Origin: an uncultured Endomicrobiia bacterium
GTDB lineage: Bacteria > Elusimicrobiota > Endomicrobiia > DTEH01
Assembly (NCBI GenBank): GCA_937928765.1
Contig: CALFVX010000015.1
Span: 34,410 to 98,409 of the forward strand
DNA length: 64,000 nucleotides
Direction: 5' to 3'
Under the pieces are notes generated by a model. It made no database searches and was not told where the DNA came from. It saw only the letters and a list, made by a program, of their open reading frames with translations. Made by a program: the position numbers and the translations under genes. This document shows, piece by piece, positions 41,173 to 50,867 of this stretch. Positions within the stretch are counted from its first letter, which is position 1, and each line of letters opens with the position of its first letter.

Positions 41173-41435
41173 TGAACGAAATAATATTAATTTTTATATC
41201 AGTATTAGCTGCAGAAATTGGCGATAAAACCCAACTTGCAATAATATCTTTTGCTTCAAAAACTTCAAAACCGTTTTATATATGGTTAGCAGCAAGCTTA
41301 GCATTTTTATTTATGAATCTTATTTCTGTATTCTTAGGACAAAATATTGCAAAATTTCTTCCACATCAGTATATAAAATATTTAAGTGGGACAATTTTTA
41401 TTATAATAGGATTGTTAACAATTTTATCAAAATAA
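41172..41435 (+). CDS. UPF0016 (GDT1/TMEM165/MneA) family single-repeat membrane protein
   Basis: 87 aa, three TM helices, with the family signature E-x-G-D-K-T (AAEIGDKTQLA) in helix 1. Half-size compared with two-repeat members. Confidence 0.65.
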   Translation: MNEIILIFISVLAAEIGDKTQLAIISFASKTSKPFYIWLAASLAFLFMNLISVFLGQNIAKFLPHQYIKYLSGTIFIIIGLLTILSK

Positions 41436-41438
41436 TTT

Positions 41439-42209
41439 ATGAGCAAAATAATAACTATAGCAAACCAAAAAGGTGGTGTTGGAAAAACCACAACTGTTAT
41501 AAATCTTGCAACTTGTTTAGCGTATTATACTAAAAATGTTTTAGTAATAGATATAGATCCTCAAGCAAATGCTACAAGCGGGTTAGGAATAAGAGTTGAT
41601 ACCGTTGCTGATAAAAATATCTATCATTTGATTATAGAAGGTAAAGATATAAAAGAGACTATAATTTCTACTTCTGTTGATTGGTTAGAACTTATACCAT
41701 CACATATTGACCTTACAGGTGCTGAAGTTGAACTTGTAAGTATGTTAAATCGCGAATATAGATTAAAAGGTTCTGTTGAAACAATTAAAAATTTATATGA
41801 TTATATTTTAATAGACTGTCCACCATCATTAGGACTTTTAACAATTAATGCATTAGCATGCTGTGATAGTGTTTTAGTACCAATCCAATGTGAATATTTT
41901 GCATTAGAAGGTTTAGCACAACTTTTAAAAACAATAAATTTAGTACAAACACATGTTAATAAAAATCTTTCAATTGAAGGTGTGATTTTAACAATGTATG
42001 ATTCAAGGACATCTTTAAGCGAAGAAGTTGCAGAAAATGTTAAAAAATATTTTAAACATAAAGTTTACAAAACAATAATTCCTCGCGGCGTACGTGCAGC
42101 AGAAGCTCCAAGTTATGGAAAACCATTACTTTATTATGATAAAAACTCAAAAGTTACGCAAGCATATCTTCAACTTGCAGAAGAAATGCTAAAAAATAAT
42201 AAAATTTAA
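41439..42209 (+). CDS. parA: ParA/Soj chromosome-partitioning ATPase
   Basis: 256 aa; deviant Walker A KIITIANQKGGVGKTTT; Soj/ParA size and motifs. Confidence 0.9.
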   Translation: MSKIITIANQKGGVGKTTTVINLATCLAYYTKNVLVIDIDPQANATSGLGIRVDTVADKNIYHLIIEGKDIKETIISTSVDWLELIPSHIDLTGAEVELVSMLNREYRLKGSVETIKNLYDYILIDCPPSLGLLTINALACCDSVLVPIQCEYFALEGLAQLLKTINLVQTHVNKNLSIEGVILTMYDSRTSLSEEVAENVKKYFKHKVYKTIIPRGVRAAEAPSYGKPLLYYDKNSKVTQAYLQLAEEMLKNNKI

Positions 42210-42223
42210 CTTAAAAATAACAT

Positions 42224-43087
42224 ATGAAAAAACATTTAGGCAAAGGTATTGAAGCGTTAATATCTGAAGTTGGCATTTTTACAAAAATACAAGAAGATAT
42301 TAAAAAAGACAATGTATTATTTTTAGATATTTCAAAAATAAAACCACCTAAATGGCAGCCAAGAAAAAAATTTGACCAAGAAAAACTTTCTCAGCTTGCC
42401 GAATCTATAAAACATACAGGTATTATAGAACCATTAATTGTTTCACCTTCAGAAGATGATAAATACGAAATTATCTGTGGAGAAAGAAGATATCGTGCTG
42501 CAATAATTGTAAACCAAACACAGATTCCTGTGATTATAAAAATTTTAGATGAAAAACAAAAAATGTTGTTTTCGTTGACAGAAAATATTCAAAGAGAAGA
42601 TTTAAATCCTGTTGAAGAAGCGCAAGCTTATAAAAAATTAATTGAAGAATTTTCGCTTACGCAGGAAGAGTTGAGTGTTTTAATAGGTAAAGATAGAAGT
42701 GTTATAGCAAACACTTTAAGAATACTTTCTTTGCCAAAAGAAGTTATACAATACATAGAAGAAGGACTTATTTCTTCTGGTCATGCAAGAACGCTTGCAA
42801 GTATAAAAGATGAAAATTTGGTTATAGAATTAGCAGACAAAATTATTCAGGATAAACTTACTGTAAGAGATATTGAAAATATTGTAAAACAATTAAAGAC
42901 AAAAAAATTTATCAACAAAAAACAAAAAATTCCTCCAGTAGAAGTTTTACAAATTCAAAAAGAAATTTCAGAATTTTTAGGTACAAAAGTTTTAATAAAG
43001 CCATATTCTAATACAAAAGGGAAAATCGTTATTTCTTATTCTTCTTTAGAAGAATTTGAAAATATTATAAAAAAACTTAAAAAATAA
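42224..43087 (+). CDS. parB: ParB/Spo0J partition protein
   Basis: 287 aa; ParB box motifs (IEPLIV, GERRYRAA); HTH; C-terminal dimerisation region. Confidence 0.9.
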   Translation: MKKHLGKGIEALISEVGIFTKIQEDIKKDNVLFLDISKIKPPKWQPRKKFDQEKLSQLAESIKHTGIIEPLIVSPSEDDKYEIICGERRYRAAIIVNQTQIPVIIKILDEKQKMLFSLTENIQREDLNPVEEAQAYKKLIEEFSLTQEELSVLIGKDRSVIANTLRILSLPKEVIQYIEEGLISSGHARTLASIKDENLVIELADKIIQDKLTVRDIENIVKQLKTKKFINKKQKIPPVEVLQIQKEISEFLGTKVLIKPYSNTKGKIVISYSSLEEFENIIKKLKK

Positions 43088-43139
43088 AAATATTTAAGCT
43101 CTACAAATATTTCTTATCACAATCATAAGGAGTTTAAAA

Positions 43140-44201
43140 ATGAAATCAAAAGCTATAACAATTTTCTTTATTTTTGTAATCTTTATATATTCAAATTTAT
43201 GCTCTCAAAAACAAGAATATTTTTATCCATTATACATAACTGGCAGTGTAGCATTAAATGAATATACATTATTTGCTAATTCTGGTTGGGATGGAAACTG
43301 GTATGTAGGAACAAATATGTGCTGGATTAAAAAGTTTAAAAAAGAATTCTTACCTGATAAAAATTTTTTTTCAAAATTATATGTGGGTGTAAAATTAGGT
43401 AGATCAAAAACAGTCCCAAAACCTAATTCTCCACCATGGGAAAAAGAAATTATTGATGGTAATGTATATATAGGCGTTTCATCTACTGCTGCTTGGAAGT
43501 CAGAGCAACGATATTTTCTTTGTAAGTTTTCAGATATACCAACAGAAGGTGATTGGGAAAATGCTTTAGCTACAACTGGTGAAGCAAGATGGTTTTTTAC
43601 AGAAGTGCCACTGCAAAAAATTGATCTTAATGAAGATATATATGTTTGTGTTTATTCAAACACACAAAACATTTTATCTGTATCCTCAGCACCAATACTT
43701 GCTGCAGGATGGAGAGAAAGATATCAAAAAGAAAGTTTTGTTTGGTTAAACAACGAAATTAATGGCTCACCTCCTATTGATCCGTCAAATTCTCTAAAAA
43801 CACAAATTCGTGCTTTTGATGCTGCTATTGTATTAAAATTTATTCCTTATGGTGCAGAAAATTTACCAGTAAATATAAAAATTGTAAAGATCACCGACGG
43901 CAAACCAAACACTAATGAAAAAGTGTTTTACATAAAACCAATAACACCTAATATTCAAACTATATGGATGGAAATTTCTTCTGATAAGGAAAATTATATA
44001 AAAATTTCAAGGTATCAATATAACGAACCCTTCGTTTTTAATCTTAATACTAATATGATACCAAAAGAAATAAGCGGTGATTTTTACTTAAGATTTGCTG
44101 CAAAAGATATCTTTGAAAACATCGGTTATTCTGAAGAAATACAACTTAATATAAAAAGAGAACAAAAAGAAATACAAAATAAGCAAGAAATTAAAAAATA
44201 A
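43140..44201 (+). CDS. secreted hypothetical protein
   Basis: 353 aa; N-terminal signal peptide (MKSKAITIFFIFVIFIYSNLCS). No motif I recognise. AGGAG SD 8 nt upstream. Confidence 0.5.
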   Translation: MKSKAITIFFIFVIFIYSNLCSQKQEYFYPLYITGSVALNEYTLFANSGWDGNWYVGTNMCWIKKFKKEFLPDKNFFSKLYVGVKLGRSKTVPKPNSPPWEKEIIDGNVYIGVSSTAAWKSEQRYFLCKFSDIPTEGDWENALATTGEARWFFTEVPLQKIDLNEDIYVCVYSNTQNILSVSSAPILAAGWRERYQKESFVWLNNEINGSPPIDPSNSLKTQIRAFDAAIVLKFIPYGAENLPVNIKIVKITDGKPNTNEKVFYIKPITPNIQTIWMEISSDKENYIKISRYQYNEPFVFNLNTNMIPKEISGDFYLRFAAKDIFENIGYSEEIQLNIKREQKEIQNKQEIKK

Positions 44202-44387
44202 ATAGCATTAAATTAAAAGGTGTTATTCTAACCAAACAAATTAAATATTTTTGTTAAAAGGACAAAATAGAGAGGTTTATTCTAAAAGGTGTTTTTAAAA
44301 TGCTTATAATAAAAATAATTAGGAAAAGATAGTGAATTCTTAATAATTAAAACTTATTTTTCTGAACTATCTTGCTTTTAAATTATT

Positions 44388-45164
44388 TTACAATAATACA
44401 CTTTTAAGATCAAACATTGGCCCTTCTTTGCAAACCGCTTGATAAATCCAAGCATTATTTTTATCCCTAACTTTCACAACACAACTTCTACATAAACCAA
44501 TGCCACAACACATATATTCTTCTAATAAAACATAAGATTTTATATAACTTTTATTTTTTAAAATTTTTTGTATTGATTTTATCATCTTTTTTGGTCCACA
44601 AATAAATAAATAATCTATTTTAAAATTTTCATAATTTCTACAAAAAACCTCTGTAACAAACCCTTTTTCTGCAAAACTTCCATCATCTGTGCAATATATT
44701 ACATTATTTTTAATACCAAAATTTGATAAATTTATTATATAATTTTTTTCTTTTTCTCCGTAGAAAAATTTAATTTTATTTGTAATCTTTGACAAATATT
44801 TATATACAAAAATCATACCAGCAACACCACTACCACCTGTAAGAATAACAATATTATCTTTGGGTTTAATTTCTAAATTTTTAAACTTTTCAAAATTTCC
44901 AAAAGGACCTAAAAATTTTATCTCTTCTTTTTTTTGTTTAGTTGACAAAAACTTTGTTCCATCAGAAATTGCTCTATAAATTATTTTACAGACTCCTTTT
45001 TCAAAATCTGCAATGCTAAACGGTTTTAACAAAAATCTACTTGGATAAGTATCAATCATAACAAACTGTGTAGGAAAAACTTTTTTGTCTAATTTAAATT
45101 CCATCAAATAAGTATCTTTTGAAATCCTCACATTTTTCAAAATCTTAGAACTTCTAAGTTGCAT
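44388..45164 (-). CDS. pyrK: dihydroorotate dehydrogenase electron-transfer subunit (FAD/NAD-binding, 2Fe-2S)
   Basis: 258 aa ferredoxin-reductase-like protein with C-terminal CCGIGLCRSC...C cluster. Positioned after pyrC in the pyr operon. Confidence 0.7.
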   Translation of the reverse strand: MQLRSSKILKNVRISKDTYLMEFKLDKKVFPTQFVMIDTYPSRFLLKPFSIADFEKGVCKIIYRAISDGTKFLSTKQKKEEIKFLGPFGNFEKFKNLEIKPKDNIVILTGGSGVAGMIFVYKYLSKITNKIKFFYGEKEKNYIINLSNFGIKNNVIYCTDDGSFAEKGFVTEVFCRNYENFKIDYLFICGPKKMIKSIQKILKNKSYIKSYVLLEEYMCCGIGLCRSCVVKVRDKNNAWIYQAVCKEGPMFDLKSVLL

Positions 45165-45193
45165 ATAAAAATAATATCAGATTTAGAATTTAT

Positions 45194-46471
45194 TTAACCT
45201 TTATACACAATCTTACCATTACAAATAGTATATTTTACTTTACCTTTGAGTTTCCATCCTATAAAAGGCGAATTTGAACTTTTTGAAACAAAATTTTTTA
45301 CAACAAATTCTTCATCAGGATTAAATATTACAATATCTGCATCATAACCTAACTCAACAGAACCTTTATTAGGTAAATAAAAAATTTTTGCAGGATTGGT
45401 GGTAAGTTTTTCCAAAATTTTTATCAATGGGATTTTATGATTATGATACAGATAAGTTATACACAAAGGTAGTAATGTTTCTAATCCTATAATACCAAAG
45501 GGTGCTAAATCAAACTCTTTGTTTTTCTCTTCAACGGTATGCGGTGCATGGTCAGATGCTATGCAATCTATCACATCTTCTTTGATTGCCTGAATAATTG
45601 CTTGCAAATCTTCTTTTGTTCTAAGAGGTGGGTTCATCTTAAAATTTGTATTATATGGAAACTTCTCTAGATAATCTTCAGTTAGAACAAAATGATGTGG
45701 TGTAACATCGCAAGTTATATTAATATTTTCATCTTTTGCTTTTTTTATAAAATTTATAGAATTTTTCGTAGAAACATGTGTAATGTGAAGCTTACCTTTT
45801 GTTAAAGAAGCCAAAATTATATCTCTTATAACCATAACTTCTTCGGCTTCCTTAGGAATTCCTCTTAATCCTAACAAAGTAGAAATTCTTCCTTCGTTTA
45901 CTACACCACCTTTGCTTAACATTTTATCTTCACAATGTGATATAACTACAAGATTAAACATCTTAGAATATTCTAATGCACGACGCATAATTTTAGAATT
46001 TGACACTGGCTCACCATCATCAGATATTGCTACAACACCTGCTTTTTTTAATTCTCCTATTTCAGTTATTTCTTCACCTTGTCTATTTTTTGTTACTGAC
46101 CCTACAGGAAATACATTTATTACACCTTCACTTTTTGCTTTTAGCATAGCAAATTCTACAGATGCTTGATCATCTATAGGCGGGTTAGTGTTCGGCATAC
46201 AAAAAATGCTTGTTATACCGCCACTAGCAGCAGCTTTTGTCCCAGAAGAAATCGTTTCTTTCTCTTCATATCCAGGCTCGCGAAGATGTGTATGTATGTC
46301 AATTAAACCAGCAGAAACTATACAATTTCTTGCATCTATTACATCTACATTTTTTAAATTTATCTTTTCTAAAATTTTTACAATTTTGCCATTGTCTATT
46401 AAAATATCTAACTTTTTTTGTAAATTTTTTGATGAGTCTATTAAAATACCATTTTTTATTAACAGTTTCAT
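45194..46471 (-). CDS. pyrC: dihydroorotase
   Basis: 425 aa amidohydrolase: DIHTHLREPG, metal-ligand His/Asp pattern (HVST..., DHAPH); class I DHOase size. Confidence 0.88.
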   Translation of the reverse strand: MKLLIKNGILIDSSKNLQKKLDILIDNGKIVKILEKINLKNVDVIDARNCIVSAGLIDIHTHLREPGYEEKETISSGTKAAASGGITSIFCMPNTNPPIDDQASVEFAMLKAKSEGVINVFPVGSVTKNRQGEEITEIGELKKAGVVAISDDGEPVSNSKIMRRALEYSKMFNLVVISHCEDKMLSKGGVVNEGRISTLLGLRGIPKEAEEVMVIRDIILASLTKGKLHITHVSTKNSINFIKKAKDENINITCDVTPHHFVLTEDYLEKFPYNTNFKMNPPLRTKEDLQAIIQAIKEDVIDCIASDHAPHTVEEKNKEFDLAPFGIIGLETLLPLCITYLYHNHKIPLIKILEKLTTNPAKIFYLPNKGSVELGYDADIVIFNPDEEFVVKNFVSKSSNSPFIGWKLKGKVKYTICNGKIVYKG

Positions 46472-46482
46472 AAAATAAATTT

Positions 46483-47433
46483 TTATAAATTTTGATTTAA
46501 TGACAACAAATATAAAACAGCCATTCTTACCGCAATACCATTTGTGACTTGTTCATTTATTACTGAGTTTAAACTATCTGCTACTTCTGTTGTAATTTCT
46601 ATCCCTCTATTCATAGGTCCAGGGTGCAAAATCAAAACATCACTTTTAGCATTTTTTAACCTTTCTTTGTTCATCCCATAAAGCAAACTATATTCTCTTA
46701 CAGAAGGAAATAAATGTTCTAATTGGCGTTCAAACTGTACTCTTAAAATATTTATCACATCAGCATTTTTTATTGCTTTATCTAAATTATATTCAATATA
46801 TATTTGTGGAAAAATTTTGTCTATATCTTTTGGTATGAGCGTAGGTGGACCACAAAGAATTACTTTTGCTGAAAGTTTTGTTAATCCCCACAAATTTGAT
46901 CTTGCTACACGACTGTGCAGTATGTCTCCTACAATAACTACTTTTAAACCTTGTATCTTACCTTTTTTCTGCTTTATAGTAAAAATATCTAACAATCCTT
47001 GTGTAGGATGTTCATGGAAACCATCCCCTGCATTAATGATTGAAGAAGAAACATTTTGTGCTAAGATATGTGGTGATCCTGAATGTGAATGACGAATTAC
47101 TATAAAATCTGCTTTCATAGATTCTAAAGTTTTTGCTGTATCTATTAATGACTCTCCTTTTTGCACACTTGAAACTTGAACTGCAATGCTTACAGTATCG
47201 GCAGAAAGACGTTTCGCTGCAAGTTCAAATGAAGTTCTTGTTCTTGTAGATGGCTCATAAAACAACAAAACCACACTTTTGCCTCTTAAAGTTGGAAGTT
47301 TTTTTATAGATCTTGTAAAAACTGTTTTGAACGGTTTTGCTGTTTCAAGAATTAGTTCTATATCTTCTTTGGTGAGGCTTTGTAATTCTAAAAGATGTTT
47401 GTGGTTGAAAGTCTTATTTGGCTTTGTTAACAT
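46483..47433 (-). CDS. pyrB: aspartate carbamoyltransferase catalytic subunit
   Basis: 316 aa; STRTR carbamoyl-phosphate motif ([11 protein letters not shown]), HPTQ, ILHPGP. Confidence 0.92.
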   Translation of the reverse strand: MLTKPNKTFNHKHLLELQSLTKEDIELILETAKPFKTVFTRSIKKLPTLRGKSVVLLFYEPSTRTRTSFELAAKRLSADTVSIAVQVSSVQKGESLIDTAKTLESMKADFIVIRHSHSGSPHILAQNVSSSIINAGDGFHEHPTQGLLDIFTIKQKKGKIQGLKVVIVGDILHSRVARSNLWGLTKLSAKVILCGPPTLIPKDIDKIFPQIYIEYNLDKAIKNADVINILRVQFERQLEHLFPSVREYSLLYGMNKERLKNAKSDVLILHPGPMNRGIEITTEVADSLNSVINEQVTNGIAVRMAVLYLLSLNQNL

Positions 47434-47445
47434 ATAATATATATT

Positions 47446-47982
47446 TTAAATTTTTTTAGCATACAAAACAACTTTATCTTCTTTATTACCAGTCTCTTTT
47501 AACAAAATCTCTATATGTTGATTTTTCTTTGTTCTAACCTCTTTTCCTACAAACTCTGCAAAAATTGGTAATTCTCTTAAACCACGATCTATTAGTACTA
47601 ACACTGAAATAGATTTTGGCCTACCTATCTCTAAAACTTGTTCTATTGCAGCACGAATTGTTCTACCAGTATATAACACATCATCAACTAAAATTATATC
47701 TTTATCGTTTACATCAAAATCTATCTTGGTTTCCTTAGGCTGATGAATCTCTTTTCTAAACCTAAGATCATCACGGTAAAATGTAATATCTAAATAACCT
47801 AACTGCAGATCTTTGTTTTTTATATTTTTAATTTCTTTTATTAACCGTTTTGCAATAAAAACTCCGTTAGTATAAATACCTATTATACCAACCTTACTTA
47901 AACTTTTATACTTTTTTATAACTTTAATAGCAAGATTTTTAATAATTTTATTAATTTCTTTTTCTGAAATTATTGTTTTCAT
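47446..47982 (-). CDS. pyrR: bifunctional pyrimidine regulatory protein PyrR / uracil phosphoribosyltransferase
   Basis: 178 aa PRTase with VLVDDVLYTGRTIRAA PRPP-binding loop; placed directly before pyrB as in pyrR-pyrB operons. Confidence 0.85.
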   Translation of the reverse strand: MKTIISEKEINKIIKNLAIKVIKKYKSLSKVGIIGIYTNGVFIAKRLIKEIKNIKNKDLQLGYLDITFYRDDLRFRKEIHQPKETKIDFDVNDKDIILVDDVLYTGRTIRAAIEQVLEIGRPKSISVLVLIDRGLRELPIFAEFVGKEVRTKKNQHIEILLKETGNKEDKVVLYAKKI

Positions 47983-47984
47983 AC

Positions 47985-48632
47985 TTAATATCCCAAAACA
48001 TCGTTTATTATTAATATCTCATATTCTGTATATGTTGGTTTTTTATATAATATTGTCAAAACATTACATATTCTCAAATTAGAATTACAATCTTCACATA
48101 TAGCTGTTGAAACACAAGGATTTTTTCTTTGAAGACGAATATTATTCGTTACAGCAGCAATATTTCTTGCTCTCCAAATACCAGACTCTATATCTTTAGC
48201 TATTTTGTTGTATCCAAAAAGTAATATAACTTTTTTAGGACCATAAATACAAGCAGAAACTCTATTACCATAAGCATCAATAAAAATTATCTCACCATTG
48301 TAAGTTACTGCCTGTGGTGAAGCAAGATAAAAATCTGCGTTTTGTGCTTTAAGCCAAATCTGTATTCTTGTTTCATAATCCATATCTTTAGTATGCGTAA
48401 TTATTTCGTTATTTTGTTGTTTTAAATCTTCTAAAAGTCCCATACTTCTTATTGTTTGACTTCCACCAACACCTATCTTTTTTCCATTACCTATTAATGA
48501 ACAAACATATTTTTTAGCAGAATCAACATCATTGAAAACCTCAGTATTTTTAAATCCATTTGATATCAATTTGTTTTTCAGATTTTCTAAAAGTTTTTTA
48601 TTAAAGATTTTTATATTATCATCTTTTATCAT
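47985..48632 (-). CDS. LUD-domain (YkgG/LutC, DUF162)-like protein, function unknown
   Basis: 215 aa; GVGGSQT..., ...YLASPQAVTYNGEIIFIDAYGNRVSA... resembles LUD-domain proteins. C-terminal CEDC...C cysteines. Weak recall-based assignment. Confidence 0.4.
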   Translation of the reverse strand: MIKDDNIKIFNKKLLENLKNKLISNGFKNTEVFNDVDSAKKYVCSLIGNGKKIGVGGSQTIRSMGLLEDLKQQNNEIITHTKDMDYETRIQIWLKAQNADFYLASPQAVTYNGEIIFIDAYGNRVSACIYGPKKVILLFGYNKIAKDIESGIWRARNIAAVTNNIRLQRKNPCVSTAICEDCNSNLRICNVLTILYKKPTYTEYEILIINDVLGY

Positions 48633-48649
48633 ATTATTATTTTTTGAAA

Positions 48650-49747
48650 TTAATTTTTTGTAGTATATATATTTTTTATAACTTTTTCAATACTTGTTTT
48701 AGGTTTAAGAATATCTTTATATCCTAAAGACATTTTATATAATAGTTCTCTGTTATTTATAAACTCAATTATTTTTTTACATAACTTTTCTTCCCAATTT
48801 TTTCTTTGGTATATAACTTCAACACAACTATATCTTTTTAAAAATTCTGCATTTAAATTTTGATGTAATTCAGCTGCTGTTGGCAATGGAATAAGTATTG
48901 CTGGTTTTTTAAAATGTATAAGTTCACTTATAGTCATTGCTCCAGCACGAGCAATTACTAAATTCGATACTGTATATAACTTTTCAATTTCTTGATAATA
49001 AGGAAATATTATATAGCTTAAAGTTAACCCTTCATATTCTTTCTTAATCCTGTCGAAGTCAGAAAAACCGGTAATATGCATTATTTGAACATCTTTAAAC
49101 TTCTCTGAATTATATTTTAATATTTTTAAAACAGCATCGTTTATACTTTTTGCACCTTGTGAACCACCAAAAATAAGTATTGTAAAAATTTCTGGGTTAA
49201 AATTTAATTCTTTATAAATTTTTTCTTTATCTAAAGGAAAATAAAATTTTTCTCTTAAAGGATTACCAGTATAGAAGTAATTTTTTCCTCTTTTAATCTC
49301 AAAACCCAAACATATATATTTAGCAAAAAATTTTAAAACCTTATTAGTCATACTAAAACTACAATTTTGTTCATGTATAACAACAGGAATATTAAAACTC
49401 ATAAGCTTAGAAGAAATAACTACTGGTAAAGATGTGTATCCACCTGTTGAAAAAATTATATCCGGTCTATATCTTAAAAAAATAATTATACTTCTAAAAA
49501 ATGAAAAAATAAAGAATATGAAAAATTTTATAATAGATAAAGGATTTTTACGCAAAAATTTTGCTGTCTCAATTTCTTCTATAACAATGTTATTTTCAAC
49601 AATTTCTTTTTTTATTATCTTAATAAACTTTGTATTTTTTTGTATTACAAAAATTATCTTTTCAAAATCATAAACTAATTTTTTTGCAACCTCTATTGCA
49701 GGATAAAAATGTCCTCCTGTAGGAGAGCTTACTATTAAAAGATTCAT
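48650..49747 (-). CDS. murG: undecaprenyldiphospho-muramoylpentapeptide beta-N-acetylglucosaminyltransferase
   Basis: 365 aa GT28; LIVSSPTGGHFYPAIEVAKKL start, C-terminal GGSQGA and AG..T..E motif; cell-wall cluster context. Confidence 0.88.
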   Translation of the reverse strand: MNLLIVSSPTGGHFYPAIEVAKKLVYDFEKIIFVIQKNTKFIKIIKKEIVENNIVIEEIETAKFLRKNPLSIIKFFIFFIFSFFRSIIIFLRYRPDIIFSTGGYTSLPVVISSKLMSFNIPVVIHEQNCSFSMTNKVLKFFAKYICLGFEIKRGKNYFYTGNPLREKFYFPLDKEKIYKELNFNPEIFTILIFGGSQGAKSINDAVLKILKYNSEKFKDVQIMHITGFSDFDRIKKEYEGLTLSYIIFPYYQEIEKLYTVSNLVIARAGAMTISELIHFKKPAILIPLPTAAELHQNLNAEFLKRYSCVEVIYQRKNWEEKLCKKIIEFINNRELLYKMSLGYKDILKPKTSIEKVIKNIYTTKN

Positions 49748-50859
49748 TTATAACTTCTCCGCCAAATACTTAAAATCAAACCTACACTTAAAAAATTTAC
49801 TATTATTGAAGAACCACCATAAGAAACAAAAGGTAATCCTATACCTTTTGTAGGTAAAAGTCCTACTGTCATAGCAATACTAATATATGCTTGTAAAACG
49901 ATATTCAAAGTTAATCCAAAAACAATCAAACCACCATAAAAATTTTTAAAGTTCACACAACATATATATGCTATTGACAATCCTAAAAAACAAATAAGAG
50001 TATATACAAGTATTACTCCAGTAGTACCTACAAATCCTAATTCTTCACCTATCATACAGAATATAAAATCAGTATGTGCTTCTGGAAGATAATACTCTTT
50101 AAAAATTCCATTACCTAAACCACAACCGATGAAATGTCCCCTTGCTAAAGATAAATATGACTGTATTAATTGGTATCCAACAGTAGCTTTATATTGCCAT
50201 GGATTTAACATCGCTTTTAATCTAGCAATTCTATAAGGTTTAGAAAAAATTCCTAATATTAAAATAATCAAAAACAAACTAAAAATTTTTAAAAAAGTAT
50301 TCTTCTTAATATTAAAAGAGGATACAAAAAGTGTTAATATTAAAACAGTAATTATTAAAAGTGGTGTTCCAATATCTGGCTGCAACATTATCAAAAAACA
50401 AAAAATAAACACTGTAACTATTAATATCCATAATGGTTTAGCATAATTTATTATTTTACTTCTGTGCGAATCGACATATTTTGCTATAAATAAAACTAAT
50501 ATAACTTTTATAAGTTCCGAAGGTTGAAAATTTCCAAAAAAAGGTATCTTTATCCACCTATGAGCACCATTTCTTGCTGGAAAGAAAAAAACAGATATCA
50601 AAAGTATAAACCCAAAAATCATCAAAGGATATGTAAGTTTTTTTAATAAATTCAAATTAAAATTATATGCTAACACACAAAATAAAAGTCCTATAATAAT
50701 TGCTATGATCTGTTTTTTAAAAAAAATAAAATTATTCGTATGAGATGTCACAGAAAATATCATAACACAACCAAAAATTGACAAACCTAAAGTTGAAAAA
50801 AATAATATATTTATGTAATTTTTATAATTTTGTAAGTTGAAGGATAGTTTGTATTTCAT
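49744..50859 (-). CDS. ftsW: SEDS-family peptidoglycan glycosyltransferase (FtsW)
   Basis: 371 aa, about 10 TM, SEDS motifs (…GAHRWI.IP..FQPSE…, C-terminal GGSS); between murD and murG. Confidence 0.85.
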   Translation of the reverse strand: MKYKLSFNLQNYKNYINILFFSTLGLSIFGCVMIFSVTSHTNNFIFFKKQIIAIIIGLLFCVLAYNFNLNLLKKLTYPLMIFGFILLISVFFFPARNGAHRWIKIPFFGNFQPSELIKVILVLFIAKYVDSHRSKIINYAKPLWILIVTVFIFCFLIMLQPDIGTPLLIITVLILTLFVSSFNIKKNTFLKIFSLFLIILILGIFSKPYRIARLKAMLNPWQYKATVGYQLIQSYLSLARGHFIGCGLGNGIFKEYYLPEAHTDFIFCMIGEELGFVGTTGVILVYTLICFLGLSIAYICCVNFKNFYGGLIVFGLTLNIVLQAYISIAMTVGLLPTKGIGLPFVSYGGSSIIVNFLSVGLILSIWRRSYK

Positions 50860-50867
50860 AAAATTTT

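Noticed and set aside
41439-43087. Canonical parS (TGTTNCACGTGAAACA) near parAB.
   Set aside because: I could not find a match by eye in or around parA/parB. The few CACGTG-like strings seen elsewhere lack the flanking arms. A proper scan is needed before any call.
47985-48632. Calling the 215-aa protein 5-formyltetrahydrofolate cyclo-ligase or LutC specifically.
   Set aside because: Only weak recall-level similarity to the LUD/DUF162 fold was seen. The cysteine-rich C-terminus is not typical of either. It is left as a family-level, low-confidence call.
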